The notes below the pieces were generated by a model, which saw only the letters and a list, made by a program, of their open reading frames with translations, was not told the DNA's origin and searched no databases. Made by a program: the position numbers and the translations under genes. A stretch of DNA of 63,224 nucleotides, counting the filler, from Lenisia limosa (taxonomy: Eukaryota; Protista; Breviatea), in NCBI GenBank assembly GCA_001655205.1. It is 12 parts of 12 records of this genome, joined end to end, with 100 filler letters (N's around TTAATTAATTAA, not from the genome) between each part and the next. Parts side by side here need not be neighbours in the genome. Positions count along the whole stretch, not along the records: positions 1 to 9,023 come from LPNZ01006053.1; positions 9,124 to 14,074 come from LPNZ01007248.1; 10 more parts are not named here. One strand, written 5' to 3'. Below are positions 1 to 11,913 of this stretch, in pieces. Position 1 is the stretch's first letter. Every line of letters begins with the position of its first letter.

Positions 1-129
1 ATTAATGACACCATTTAGGACCGTGAGCATATGTATACATATCGATATACTATATTTTATCATATGTATTATTGACTTGTATTTGTGAGTACCAATCATG
101 AACCTTGGCAGTCGAGGGAAATGCGGTTT

Positions 130-891
130 TCATGACTTTCTGAATAAAAGTGTAGAGTTTGTTGTCAGTGCAATGCTGCAAAATGTTGTCCTTGTCAAAC
201 TTTGAGTTAGAAGGTGCTTTGGGAGGGACAGAGTGATCTTGATCGGTAGGAGTAACATTCTTGATAAGCCTGACGAGGTTCCCTTTTTGCCTCTTGATGT
301 CAGCAATATCCAATACAGAAGCGTCGGTCGGAGATGATACATTTGGCATTGTCCTAGCCTTTGCCATGGCCTGGTGAATCTTCTTCCTGATTTCAACGGT
401 TGTAAAGCCCGACATTCGGAAGATTTCCGCAATGATGCTGCTGTTTGCCGCAGAAATCTTCCTAATTGCCAGAACCACTCGCCCTGAACCGCCCGGATGA
501 GTTCAGAGTTGTTAGTGAGGCACATGTTTTGAAACAATCCGGAGCCCAGTTGAGGCCGCGGCTGAGGATCAGGTGGAGCTGAAGGCTTGACAGGTACAAG
601 TGCGGGAGCAAGGCACTGAAGAGGAGCACGTGGACGTGGGACAGGGGGTGGTGGACGAACTACTGGTCCGGCAACGCGTGGGTCGCCAACACCGAGAGGG
701 ACTGGCTCATCGTCTTCTTCAATGTCGTCTTCACTCTCGCTACTTGCAGGATCGGGGATGTTGAGAGGGATTGGGGCGTCTGGATCAGGGCAGGCGGAGA
801 GGACACGAGGGAAGGACAAGGTTCGCGCGAACCTCACAGATATGAAACCAAAAACAAGAACAACTACAACAAGTATAATATCTAATTGCAA
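130..891 (-). other. Intronless Pro/acidic-rich ORF with overlapping shifted ORF (50..478); unassigned, possibly TE-derived
   Basis: 253-aa ORF with DIEEDDE and PPPPVPRPRAP tracts. The protein-like sequence appears to continue in another frame near 478. No recognisable domain. Confidence 0.25.
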
Positions 892-984
892 ACTTTATCA
901 CACACACACACACCTGTTATTTCTGTGGTTTTCATTTCGGTTACTTCAAAATAATTTTGGCAAGTGAATACAAAAAAACCAACC

Positions 985-1700
985 ATGAGGTTCAAAGATA
1001 TGGACGAGAATCGTTGCTCCCACACACAGGTTTGTAGTTATTATTTTTCGACTTTTTTTGACCAACTTATAAAAACAAACGTTCAGATACACATAATATT
1101 TCAGAAAACAGTAACACAACATTTTACTTTTTAGGTTGAGATGGCTGTGAAGTTGACTCAGCATCAATGCTGCTCACCGGCTCTATGCTGAGTTGGTCAA
1201 TGCTGTGAATAAAGTTCAATCAAATGATGCTTCAAAAAAACAAAAGGCAGCTTACACTGCTTATGGCATGACGCAATGTAAAAATCTGATGGTCTTCTTT
1301 GCTCTGCTCGCTTCTTCTTGGATGGTAGTTTTGATAAAGGTTTGTATCAACACTTTTCTAATTATTTTAGCGTATGAATTCGCCCATTATGAGCTGACAG
1401 AATACGAAAAGCACTATCTTGATTTGGTGAGGTCTTCCCTTGGCCCATCATTCTGTGAAGTTGAAAAAACCCTTATCAATGTAAGCATCATGGCCATTCT
1501 CTTGTCTTGTAGTCAGTGTTTATTCGAGTTGGACTGAATGATTTCACTATTGCTAATATATTAGATTGTCGATGGGAAATTAAAGACAACTCAGTCCATT
1601 TCTCTGGTAAATGACGGTAATGACGAATTGTTTTCCTTCTTCATGGAGTCCACACCTTCAGATACAAATCTAATCAATACAGAGAGACCTGTTGAAAAAT
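985..1700 (+). pseudogene. Degenerate spliced ORF, possibly hAT-like transposase remnant
   Basis: Short GT-AG introns. Frame reads R-LRWL*S*LSINAAHRLYAELVNAV, loosely like the hAT TRWxS helix, with two in-frame TGA. Weak motif-level resemblance only. Confidence 0.25.
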
Positions 1701-1770
1701 GAAACATCTGTCAAAACCTATGATTGTTGCTCTCAACAAAGAACTTCAGCACACTATAAACTTCAAAATT

Positions 1771-1905
1771 CCATTATTATTAATGCATTATAACGGATAC
1801 CATTAATAATGCTTGCTTAGTAATGCATTTTTAAACGGGCCTTTATAATGCATTAATAATGAATCAATGAATCCATATATTAATGTATTAATAATGCCAT
1901 TATAA
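1771..1905. repeat. Degenerate CATTAATAA(T/C)G minisatellite array 1
   Basis: Repeated cattaataat, cattataac and taatgcatt units seen directly. Confidence 0.7.
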
Positions 1906-2414
1906 CCAAATGATAAAAGACTAGTTTTATTGGGGAATTTTATGATGCGTTTTTCCACTCTCCGTTAATAAAAATACCACAGAGGGACGAACAAGCACAG
2001 GCAAAAATAGGGTAGAATTGGTAGAACAAAGTCAAAACAGACCTTACTAATCCTCAAAAGTAAAACACAGGTGGGAGAAATCACCAAATCCAACATAAGC
2101 TCATGAGAAATGAGATCAAAACGCAACCAACTCTTATAAATTAAGCATTCTGGCAAGCAATCCGAGGAGGAACTAATCCAATGAATTCATTTATTCCAAT
2201 TCAATGAATCAACATTGAATTCTTACTCAACCTAAAGTCAAAAGATGAGAGAACAAGAACGTAACCTACCTTTCATCTACAAAATCAATCATTCTTGCAA
2301 GAAAACCAAGCATCAACATGAGACATAGATAAATCCTGAGTCGTTAACGCAATAAAAGACAAACCATAAAAAGAGTTGAGAACGATAAAAAAACTGGTTT
2401 TAAAATTGACATTG

Positions 2415-2545
2415 ACCATTAGTAAGTGCATTAATAATGGTCCACCCATTAGTAATGGTACATTAATAACGGTTCACCATGAGTAATGGCATCAATCCAC
2501 CATTAATAACGGACCAACATTAATTCACCATTAATAACGGTTCGC
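2415..2545. repeat. Degenerate CATTAATAACGG minisatellite array 2
   Basis: Units cattaataacgg, cattagtaatgg and cattaataatgg recur about 7 times; same motif family as 1771-1905. Confidence 0.75.
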
Positions 2546-4482
2546 CCCCGATTGAGGGTCCACTCCAAATTCTTTTCCCCAAATAGTAGAGAACACATTT
2601 TACAGAGTAAACAAAACTTATACGACGCCAATGAGTTTGCTTGAATCTAAAAAGGTTAACATCAGTCATAAAAAGTGAAAACAACGCAAACCAACGCACC
2701 AAGGTAATTATTTCTAGAAAAGACCTAAAACAATTTGATGAAGTAAAAGCTACAAGTCACTGACATGAATGTTGGGGTGATTGTATTAATAGTTCATGGC
2801 AAGAGTGTTCGTGGTCAAAACATTAAGGTGTTCCGTGAGGAGGTCCTCAACGATTTGAACGAAACCATGTGCATAATTATAATACAAAACAACTAAAAGG
2901 AGACAGCATTAGAATAAACCTCCATAAAAATCAGTCAGAAATAAAGCCTAAAAAGCATACGAGAGGGACAAGTGCCTTGGCATTGCAGTCGACGGTATCT
3001 ATGATGGGGCGAGTCTCAGACGTGTTTTCGCGCTGGCCAATGTGATACCTCAAAACCTTGCAGTTGAACACACCAAGGGTCAGCGAGTCTTAAAAATACC
3101 ATCCCCACGCCTAATGATGTGATTTATTTATAAAACAATAAGCAGGGGCTCCAACTCCACATCTCTCATTCTCTTCCACACCTAGTAAATTATAGATAAG
3201 ATACAAGAGCTAATACTATACCTTCTTCAGGGCCTCCAAGATTGCATCTCGACATGACTCATGTTGCCGTTGCCCATAAACTCGATCTTCCTTCGGATTG
3301 AGAATGAAGTGGGTTCCTCTGCAAAACATCTTCCAAGAATTGGCAAGGTACGTTTGGAAGAGGGAAACAAATAAAAGGACAGTTTGATGTGCTATTTTGG
3401 TTTATATGATACAAATATCCCCCATGGGGAGATAAAAGAGTGTGAGAAGGTATACATGGTTGAAAAGGAACACTCTAAACTTTCTGAACTCCAAGTTTGC
3501 TTTTAAGTTTGCTACTACTGGTACCAGAGGAAGGTTTGATCAACTAAATCGCCTACATACCAGTGAAAAGCATCCGCCAACTGCATCTTGTTTTGATGCA
3601 TAAATGCACTAAAAACCCGTCGTGTACGACTGCTTTCATGGTGTTCTTACAAGACTTGCCCTGAACTTTTGATACCTTCAAATACTGCTTCACATAATTC
3701 AGTGGAAATACCACTAAGGGTTTTCCCCTTCCATTTAACTTCTTGTGTACAGAGACAGAAAAGGAATCAAAAATAAGACAAAAAATGTTACAAGGTACAT
3801 TGTCACGAGTTTTGGGCTGTTCCAATTTTTGGCCCTTTTTTTAGAGAGCTTTCTTGGAGCTTCCACGATGCCAATCAGAGTTCAGACGAATATAAAGTGT
3901 TAGAACTACTCAACAGTAACAGTACTCCCCCTCCTCAAACAGCCATTTGTGGCCATTATACCCTAGGTAAGGCTGCAGTCCATCCTTCAAATAGGGATTT
4001 TGAAAAATGTTGCACTAGGTTTACTTAATCAATGACATGGTTGAGACAATTTTCGAGGTATTATTTTCAAAACTGCATATACTGTGACCTTTTTGCCAAA
4101 ACTCTCCAGGTAACTGAACCACATTAAGTGAAACATTTATTGAGGACATGAAGATCAGTATCTAATAAAGAAACCTAATGGAAAGTTCAAGTAGTTGGCT
4201 TTATTTTTATAATGTTGATGCAATTGAATGAGGAAGTTGCATTCTCAATTTTCCTCCATGTCCATCCCCATTGAACGACTTGGGGGCAATTTGTCGTCCA
4301 GAAAGGGTCGCTGTGTCTTCTATATTGGGGACACAATGCGTACAGAAAGCCACGTGTACAACAGAAGTTGGTTTTGGTTCATTTTTTTTTCTAGAATAGT
4401 TTTTTATCATATTTTTTTTTTCCAATCGTAACAGTACAATGGGTTGTGAGAGGACAATGCTCACAGCTTCAAAAGCGAAAAC

Positions 4483-4987
4483 CGACAATCACCAGAGCAC
4501 TCGGTCTACAATGATAAATGAAACAAAGCCTCCCTCATACCTTCAGCTCAGACAAGACTAAAAGCGAGATGTGCACCCCATTTGGAGATAATACTACTAG
4601 CCTCTCTACTCCCTGTAATAAAATATTCAATTGAATTAAACTTGCACGAAGACCCTTTGTTCAAAGAATGCCAGGATTGGATGAATCGGAATATTTTTTT
4701 CCTTTGATGAGACAAATTCTTGATTTCTCAATGTTCAATGCATCTTTTTCTCTTTTCAAATGATTGTATCTTTCAATAAAAATCATTTCAGAAAGCAAAG
4801 GATAGATAGATATCAAGAAATTGTTTGAGAACACCTAAAAAAGAAAAATGAGAGATCACTTCTTTTTTTTCTTTTTTTGAAAAAAATAAAACATGTGCAA
4901 GACTCGAACCCAAAAAGTTCGATGGACATCTCGCTTTAACACCCAGACCCAGTTCTGAACGACAATCACTAGAGCACTCGGTCTACA
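4483..4987. repeat. 28-bp direct repeats 477 bp apart
   Basis: CGACAATCAC(C/T)AGAGCACTCGGTCTACA at 4483-4510 and 4960-4987, one mismatch. Confidence 0.8.
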
Positions 4988-5148
4988 GTAATCAACCATT
5001 GAACCGCCATATGATATATTTCATTTTGTTTCATTTAAAATTACTCTTTTAGACTTTGCGTCCTCACCAAAACGACAAAGAAAGATGCGTTGTCCCACTG
5101 TGATCGTCGATCCAAGCTTTCCCGATCTTCCCCAAATCGACCCTGTTA

Positions 5149-5217
5149 TGCCACAAATTGGCCACAAATCGACTCTACCATGCCACAAGTCGACACTACT
5201 ATGCCACAAATCGACCT
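5149..5217. repeat. ~21-bp tandem repeat (ATGCCACAAATCGAC...)
   Basis: Three to four imperfect units read directly. Confidence 0.75.
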
Positions 5218-6149
5218 TGATATACCTCAAAATTAATAACCAAGCCCTGAACCTTCAAAGCCCGATTTTGTCGGTATTCAAGACTATACTTACCCCTTTT
5301 TCCCAGAAGCGGCTGCACCTCATATGAAACCTCTTATCAGAAGCCTAGTTGATAATATCAAAGGGACTTTTCAACCTCAATCTGAAATGTCACATGCTGG
5401 TTATTTTCAGAAGACTCAACTAAAGCATTGGAGGAAAGCCTTTGAAGCTTAGTAGTATGAAAACTTTTTTCAAAAAGGTTGTTGAATTTGAATCTTTGTA
5501 TTGATCGTGTTCATACTTACTCCATTGTTGCCCTTCCATGCTCTGCTTGGAGACAAGAGTAAGACTGCCTTTGTGAGTCTATTGGTCGAGGCTGTGAGCT
5601 GGGTTTCCTTACTTTAAATAAATTGGAATTTTATTTGGTCCCTTCTGAGGCCAGCCATTAACATACTAGACCACAGTTCAACGCACACACCAAGCGAAGA
5701 CAGTTCCCAATAGAATCTTTTCAAAAGGTTCTGGATGATGGGTATGTTGATTGAATGCAAGGTTGAGTTTATTATTAATATAACCTTGATTAAGCGATTT
5801 GATCAGGAGAACTCGTCAGCAATGGATTGATTTAGGTTCACATCTACCAGAAAATATCGTTATTTATCGAGAATTTGACGAGTTCAGTCTCTTTTTTTGA
5901 ACAAAGAAATCTGAACGGACCTAGAAGTGACACGTCATCACGTCGTGATTTTTACCCAGAACTTGGGTCAAAATCGAATCTACTTTCATTATTTACGGTG
6001 AAATTGCGTAAAAGTTTACATACTCCAAGACTGATAAGCAATTCAATATGATAAAATATTCAGAGTACACCTGAAAACACAGTCAAACAGTTTCCACTGC
6101 CTTCACCAAACTGTCAAAACCGCGCTTATAGTAGTGAGGTGGCGGTATT

Positions 6150-7100
6150 CGTCGAGGGGAATGGTGATAATTTGAGAAGAAGGGCTGGGTACCAACAAGC
6201 TCGTTCAAGCTGCACCAGCTTCATCAGCCGCCATTTGGGAACTTAACGGCAATGGCTGACAAGCCTCCGAAGTAGTTGATAGCTTTCTCCAAAAGCAAGC
6301 CTTCTCGAAGAAGTCTTAACTGGGCTCGAGTGAGCTGCCCAGTCAGAAGTCTCGTTTCTTCGAGTTGCATCAAGGCTGCATGGAGATGACAGCAACAGCC
6401 AACCAAGTCAGGACCATCCCCATTGCCTTCTTTATCGGGATTCATGACGGAAGATACTAGGACCTGGTTTGTCTGACCAGTATGAACCTTGAATTGAGGA
6501 TATGAGAGAGGGATAGTACCGTCGTAACCTTGAATTGAGGATATGAGACAGGAGTAGTACCATCGTCCTAGAACATTATTGGCAGAAAAAAGTCCTAACA
6601 AATAAATAGAATTTTAGAAGTAAACCTCATCATACTCATCAGTAAGGTTTTATGGAACCACATTATCCTCGTCGGCTAGGTCCATAAGTCCCATAGTGGC
6701 GTAGCGAGGCTGGTGCTTTGAGCCTGTTGTCCACCCGTATACCTTAAAGCTGTAAGAATTCTTGAGAAATATTTCTTCAAAACTCACTGTTTTTGCAGCT
6801 CTTCAAGGACATTTGCCTTATTCATGCGGCGGGTGTGACCTCGGCGGGAGCCGGAAGTCAAGCCGCGATGAACAAGGTTCGAATCCAGAGCCACAATGTT
6901 CGTCAGCCGAAGTCGAAGGGTCTCGTAGACTGATGTTTTTATCAACTTTGGGGAAGAGAGGCGAATCCTATGATCGGTTGGGGTTTTGCTTGTGGATATC
7001 CATTAGACTATTTACTGCAGCCTTAACATCAACACCATCCTTTTCAACTCCCAGTTTAAGGTGGTCCCGTGGTCAGAATGTATTAAGGGCTAGGCTTGCA
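6150..7100 (-). pseudogene. Degenerate spliced ORF fragments, possibly DDE/hAT-like transposase remnant
   Basis: Fragments VYETLRLRLTNIVALDSNLVHRG...NVLEELQK, DLVGCCCHLHAALMQ (CxxH-like) and LLREGLLLEKAINYF. In-frame TAG at 6968-6970, stops near 6224, and a 42-bp tandem duplication at 6485-6568. Confidence 0.25.
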
Positions 7101-8017
7101 CTGTTTTTGAAATTGGTCTTTATTTCACTCGGTTTAAACTTATAGTGTATTCAACATGAAATTCCAGCAGTTACGTTGAACAATTTTATTTAGGCGAAAA
7201 AATCCGAGCAATATTCCACTGATTTGGCTGGGTTTTAGGACTTTGGAGAAGGCATTCACTTTTGGTGCTGCGGACCTCGTTCAATGCATAAAGGAGCAAT
7301 GAAGAGAAACTAGAGAAACACGTTTTGTTCCCTTTTCCGGTATATTGAGTGTTAAATAGTTTAAAAGACTATTGAGATTCTGGGGGCTTGCGTGTCATGC
7401 AAGAAAACTTGTTGCCAATGCCTTCCTGAAATTGGAGAAGCTTCCCAATTCTGAGTAAGAGCTCAGCATTTTTACTTAGCATTTCAGCTTAGAATAGCAT
7501 AACTATTGGGATTAAAGTATCTTATGATACTGTATATTTGTTTTATCTTTCCCCCTTGTCTCCATTTAAGGCATTCTCTCCTCATACAGTTAGTCTTAAT
7601 GTTATACTGTCGTCTTACGTTTAACAGACGGCCTCTATCGACGATTCTCGCCTCCCAACCGCTTCCTCTATTCTAATTGGGCAAGTTGAAGCCAAGCTGG
7701 ATCCAGGCCTACCTCTTCCAAGGCTACTTACCCAGCCAAGACTCTCTTTGACGGTATGGCATAATTGTTATTGTGTTCTTGGTTCTCAAGGTTTCACTCT
7801 TGTACCCCTTTTCGAGAGTTGTTGTTTTTTACTGGGTTTAGGACAGCACTACTGACGATACTATTTTCCTCCATTTAACAGTCTGCGGTTGTTGCGGTTT
7901 TCGTATTTATTGCACCTAAGTGCCTCTATATAAAATGAATAACTATTTGTAGAATGGCGTCCAGGTATAATGAACTTTTTTTTGTAACAATTTACTCGAA
8001 CACGAAAATGACAATCG

Positions 8018-8974
8018 TTAATTACCTATTTCAGANNNNNNNNNNTTTGACGAACTTCTCAATGTAGTTACGGATGGAGTCGCGGAGAACAACAACACAG
8101 CGTTGGCCCTAGAAAGGTCAGCAACAGCACAAAACAAGTGACTGTGTCCCATGTAACAAACCTCCTTGAGGTCCTTAGCAGCGATAAGGGCAGCCCAGAC
8201 AACGGAGCCGGAAGAGCCACCGCAAAGGAGACCCTCCTCGCGGAGGCGACGGGCCATGATGAAGGACTCCTTGTCCTCTGACTTGATCCAGCGGTCAATT
8301 AGNNNNNNNNNNNNNNNNNNNNNNNNNNNNNNNNNNNNNNNNNNNNNNNNNNNNNNNNNNNNNNNNNNNNNNNNNNNNNNNNNNNNNNNNNNNNNNNNNN
8401 NNNNNNNNNNNNNNNNNNNNNNNNNNNNNNNNNNNNNNNNNNNNNNNNNNNNNNNNNNNNNNNNNNNNNNNNNNNNNNNNNNNNNNNNNNNNNNNNNNNN
8501 NNNNNNNNNNNNNNNNNNNNNNNNNNNNNNNNNNNNNNNNNNNNNNNNNNNNNNNNNNNNNNNNNNATAACGCACATGTCAACCTGAACTGTCACATGGG
8601 TAACACTAGGGCCACAAGCATTAACCATCAGACAATCGCAATGAACCACATTACCACTCACCTTGCCGTCGCATTGATCGAGGATTTCCTGTCCAGTACC
8701 GTAGTAATGGGCATCAGGGTTGTTGCAGTTCAAGTACTATACCATCAGTATCTTGGTGGGAACATTGACATCTAGGTCAAGAAACCAAACCTAGTCAAGG
8801 ATGTGGGCATCTTCCATCTCTTCCTTGAGCCTGTTGGCAACACCAATGTGAGAATCCTAGAATATCAGGCACAACTGCATGAACTCAAAAATAAGTATTG
8901 TTCTAGTAAAAATAACCTACAGGAGAGTCGAAAGAAGCCTCAGTGGGAGTCTGGACCACCTTAGCGCCAAGAGC
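8018..8974 (-). CDS. CBS: Cystathionine beta-synthase (partial, multi-exon; in-frame TAG)
   Basis: Exons translate to ALGAKVVQTPTEASFDSP | DSHIGVANRLKEEMEDAHILD* | YLNCNNPDAHYYGTGQEILDQCDGK | VDMCV ... EEGLLCGGSSGSVVWAA | GQRCVVVLRDSIRNYIEKFV, matching CBS motifs. The 5' part is off-scaffold. Confidence 0.92.
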
Positions 8975-9023
8975 CTGTGAAGATGAAAATTGGAAAGAAA
9001 AAAGAAAAAGGCGGAGGGGTGGG

Positions 9024-9123
9024 NNNNNNNNNNNNNNNNNNNNNNNNNNNNNNNNNNNNNNNNNNNNTTAATTAATTAANNNNNNNNNNNNNNNNNNNNN
9101 NNNNNNNNNNNNNNNNNNNNNNN
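9024..9123. other. Artificial scaffold linker (44N-TTAATTAATTAA-44N); first of 11
   Basis: The same 12-mer, with stops in all frames, lies inside N runs at 9068, 14119, 15614, 21009, 24678, 45650, 49840, 52307, 58121, 59529 and 61713. It marks concatenated scaffolds and is not biological. Confidence 0.97.
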
Positions 9124-9208
9124 TAACCCTCCACACATGCATATGTACATAACCCTCCACACATGCATATGTACATAACCCTCGACACATGCATATGTAC
9201 ATAACCCT
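9124..9208. repeat. 26-bp tandem repeat x3
   Basis: TAACCCTCCACACATGCATATGTACA repeated three times at the scaffold start. Confidence 0.9.
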
Positions 9209-9304
9209 CCATCTCTTGGGCCTTAATGTTTCCTACTCTCTAATGATGTTTGTCCAATCAACCTTCCCACCATTCGCGATAATAATGGTATTTTACTACA
9301 ACAG

Positions 9305-10608
9305 CTCTATTGATAATCCCCTGGTCGCCAATGTCGGTTTGATAGCAAACTGCAATAAGAGTGCTTCTGTTGGTCTATGTGTGACGAAAATAGCCTAATT
9401 TATTTTCCAGGTGCTTTGTAAAGGACCAAAAGATGTGTGCAATCTCTCAGTACAACCACCTTGTCTATTACGAATTCTTAACAAGTAAGCAACTGCTGTT
9501 AAAGAAATATAGAACTGCTACTCTCTTTAAACCTGGTATTTTCATCTCTTCTCTCATCAAGACCCCCTATTTGTATGTGTTTGCGAATTATTTGAAGAAG
9601 GCAACATTTTTACACTCGTAAACCTTTGTGTTTTCTTCGGTTACAATTTCAACTCGAAAATTACAACACCATGGGTCAACATACCTCTATCACATCACCA
9701 GAGGAAGTCATGCAATGGGTTGCAAGACAAACGGACGAGTTCTTCCACAATGAAGTTATTCCGGCGCTTAAGGATCGCTATAATGACTATGTGGTAGATG
9801 GGGAGGCTGGGTACAACTTTCCATGGTATATGCCACTAATCTAAAGCAATCACTTTACATATTCTGCCAACAAGATGGAATAATTTTATTTTCAAAAAAG
9901 GATTTTGTGGGTTATTTTATAAAAAAAATCCGTTACTCAACCCTCGACAAGCCAGCCGTGAATAAAACACTTACACTTCAGCTGGATCTTGTCTTCTTGT
10001 ACAATGACGAAAATGGTGAATCCTCCAACAATCTCTCTTTCCTCACCCCCAAGCTAATGAATACGGGCTGGCAGGTGAGGGGTGTTTTTGAGGATATCAA
10101 GGGTTATTATTGGGTAGACTCAAAGACTACAATGATAATATGATATATCATACACATGCATACTGTCGTGTGCTTGAGTGAAGGGTTGCTGTGCTGCTGA
10201 AGCGACTGGCCTGGGCTTTTTTTTGTTGCTGTTTTCAACCCTTGTATGTCAAATGTTAGGCAACAGAGTTGATTTTGAAGTTTTATTTTTAGCCCCCCCC
10301 CCCCCNNNNNNNNNNNNNNNNNNNNNNNNNNNNNNNNNNNNNNNNNNNNNNNNNNNNNNNNNNNNNNNNNNNNNNNNNNNNNNNNNNNNNNNNNTTATTT
10401 CGATCCCCAACAGATAGTAATAGATAGCCAATCAACACGAGCACCCTTATTATCGCTCATCACCATATAGATAGCTGTCATTGAAATCAATCCCTACGAG
10501 TCCACCACAGATGGGGCCCTGTTTTCATGGGAGCGTGAGAAGATTCTCATGGCACAGCCACCCTCTGATGACGACCTCAATCCTGATGGTGAGCTTGATG
10601 ATAATTGA
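9305..10608 (+). CDS. CDC123/D123-family ATP-grasp protein (partial)
   Basis: Exons RCFVKDQKMCAISQYNHLVYY | DEFFHNEVIPALKDRYNDYV | LDLVFLY... | IAVIEINPYESTTDGALFSWE match the family RCFV..ISQ, DYVxD and INP...LFSW motifs. Confidence 0.75.
10178..10305 (+). mobile_element. Family B intron element (CDC123 intron)
   Basis: GTGAAGGG..GTGCTGCTGAAGCGACTGGCCTGGGCTTT..CAACAGAGTTGATTTT..poly-C. Confidence 0.8.
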
Positions 10609-11913
10609 GACATTAATCAAGTTTTTATCTGACCAAAGCTGTTAACAGTAGCTTCTAAGAAATGCTGATTATTGTACAGTGTTGATTATTTTCGCAATCA
10701 TCTTCCTTATAATTCCTATCAATCATACTTAACGACTGGATAAGTGCAAATCACCAATACAGTGGTAAAGATAATGAGCTGATGAATTTTCTAGAAGAAA
10801 GACAAAAGAAGAAATATAATAATACCAGATGATATGTTTGACAATCTAGCTAAGGACAGGCTGTATCAAGACGTGAACCCCACAGTTGACTCGCAAATAT
10901 ACAGGGTGGGGGAGGGATGATATCATGGCTTATCTAAAAATGGGGCAGAATTATTGGAAAACGTGTTTGAATATTCATAGAGATACTGCATTTGTCCCTT
11001 TTATATTTTAACTACAGAGGCAATACCAACCCATCTTTAGATGGGTCCAATAATCTGTGTACATGGGAGCTACGCAAAAATCCTCAAATCAATTCCAAGA
11101 ATCCCAATACATCATTTAAGATGCCTGTTTTGAATCAGATCTCCATCTCAGATACATTACTCATCTTAAACAAACCCAACCCAATTTTTTTTTTTTGACA
11201 CTCATTTCATCTGGTTTACCTGCCTGGTTTATAATTCTCCTCCAGATTTGAGTTTCTCACAACCCAGGGTGAAGACTGCAATATGTTTATCAGGTCAAGG
11301 AACAAGTCTCCCCAGGGATGCAAGAGCCTCCTTAGTATGCTCTTCCCAGATACTGTACATCACTAATATTATAAAACTGAAACATACGCTGTAAACATGT
11401 ATTAAAACCCTAAGCCGCCTTGTTGGACATATGATATGAGAAATACGAGGTTGTATCTGACCGTCGAGACGTATCCATCATAGTAATAACATGTATCGAT
11501 GGAGCGTCTCCGAAATTCCGTCTTTCTCATTGACCTCCTAGACCCAAAGTTTGTGAAGCTGCTCTCCCAATAGCCGAGGAGTATTTATGATTATGTACTA
11601 TGTTGACTTAATATTTATTTTGTTTTGTTTTCTGTGACTCTGTCACACATCCATTCTAACGGTTCGACCTTCATTTCCGACGCTGTCAAAAGACAAGACA
11701 ACGTTATGGAGTCTAGTTCACACCACGCCAATTGTAAGAGAAAAAATATATTGAGAATTACCTTGAAAAACGTACCATATGACATATTTTACCTATTAAA
11801 ACTCAAACCGCTCAGTCGAAAGTGACACCTTTCCCTGGGAAATTACAAAGATGTTACTCCAAAATGATCTTGGCTCCACCAGATTTACAACCAGACCCTC
11901 CCCCTCTCAATTC

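Noticed and set aside
6800-6935. GC-rich segment with GGTTCGAATCC as tRNA, SRP or RNase P RNA
   Set aside because: No cloverleaf or conserved helices could be built, and the minus strand reads as a protein-like exon.
9068-9079. Recurrent TTAATTAATTAA motif as a biological repeat or CRISPR-like spacer
   Set aside because: Always centred in exactly 44+44 N; it is an assembly concatenation linker.
8974-9411. Functional clustering of neighbouring genes (e.g. CBS with CDC123/NOX, IDI1 with the TPKK gene)
   Set aside because: These neighbours are separated by artificial linkers, so the adjacency is not genomic.
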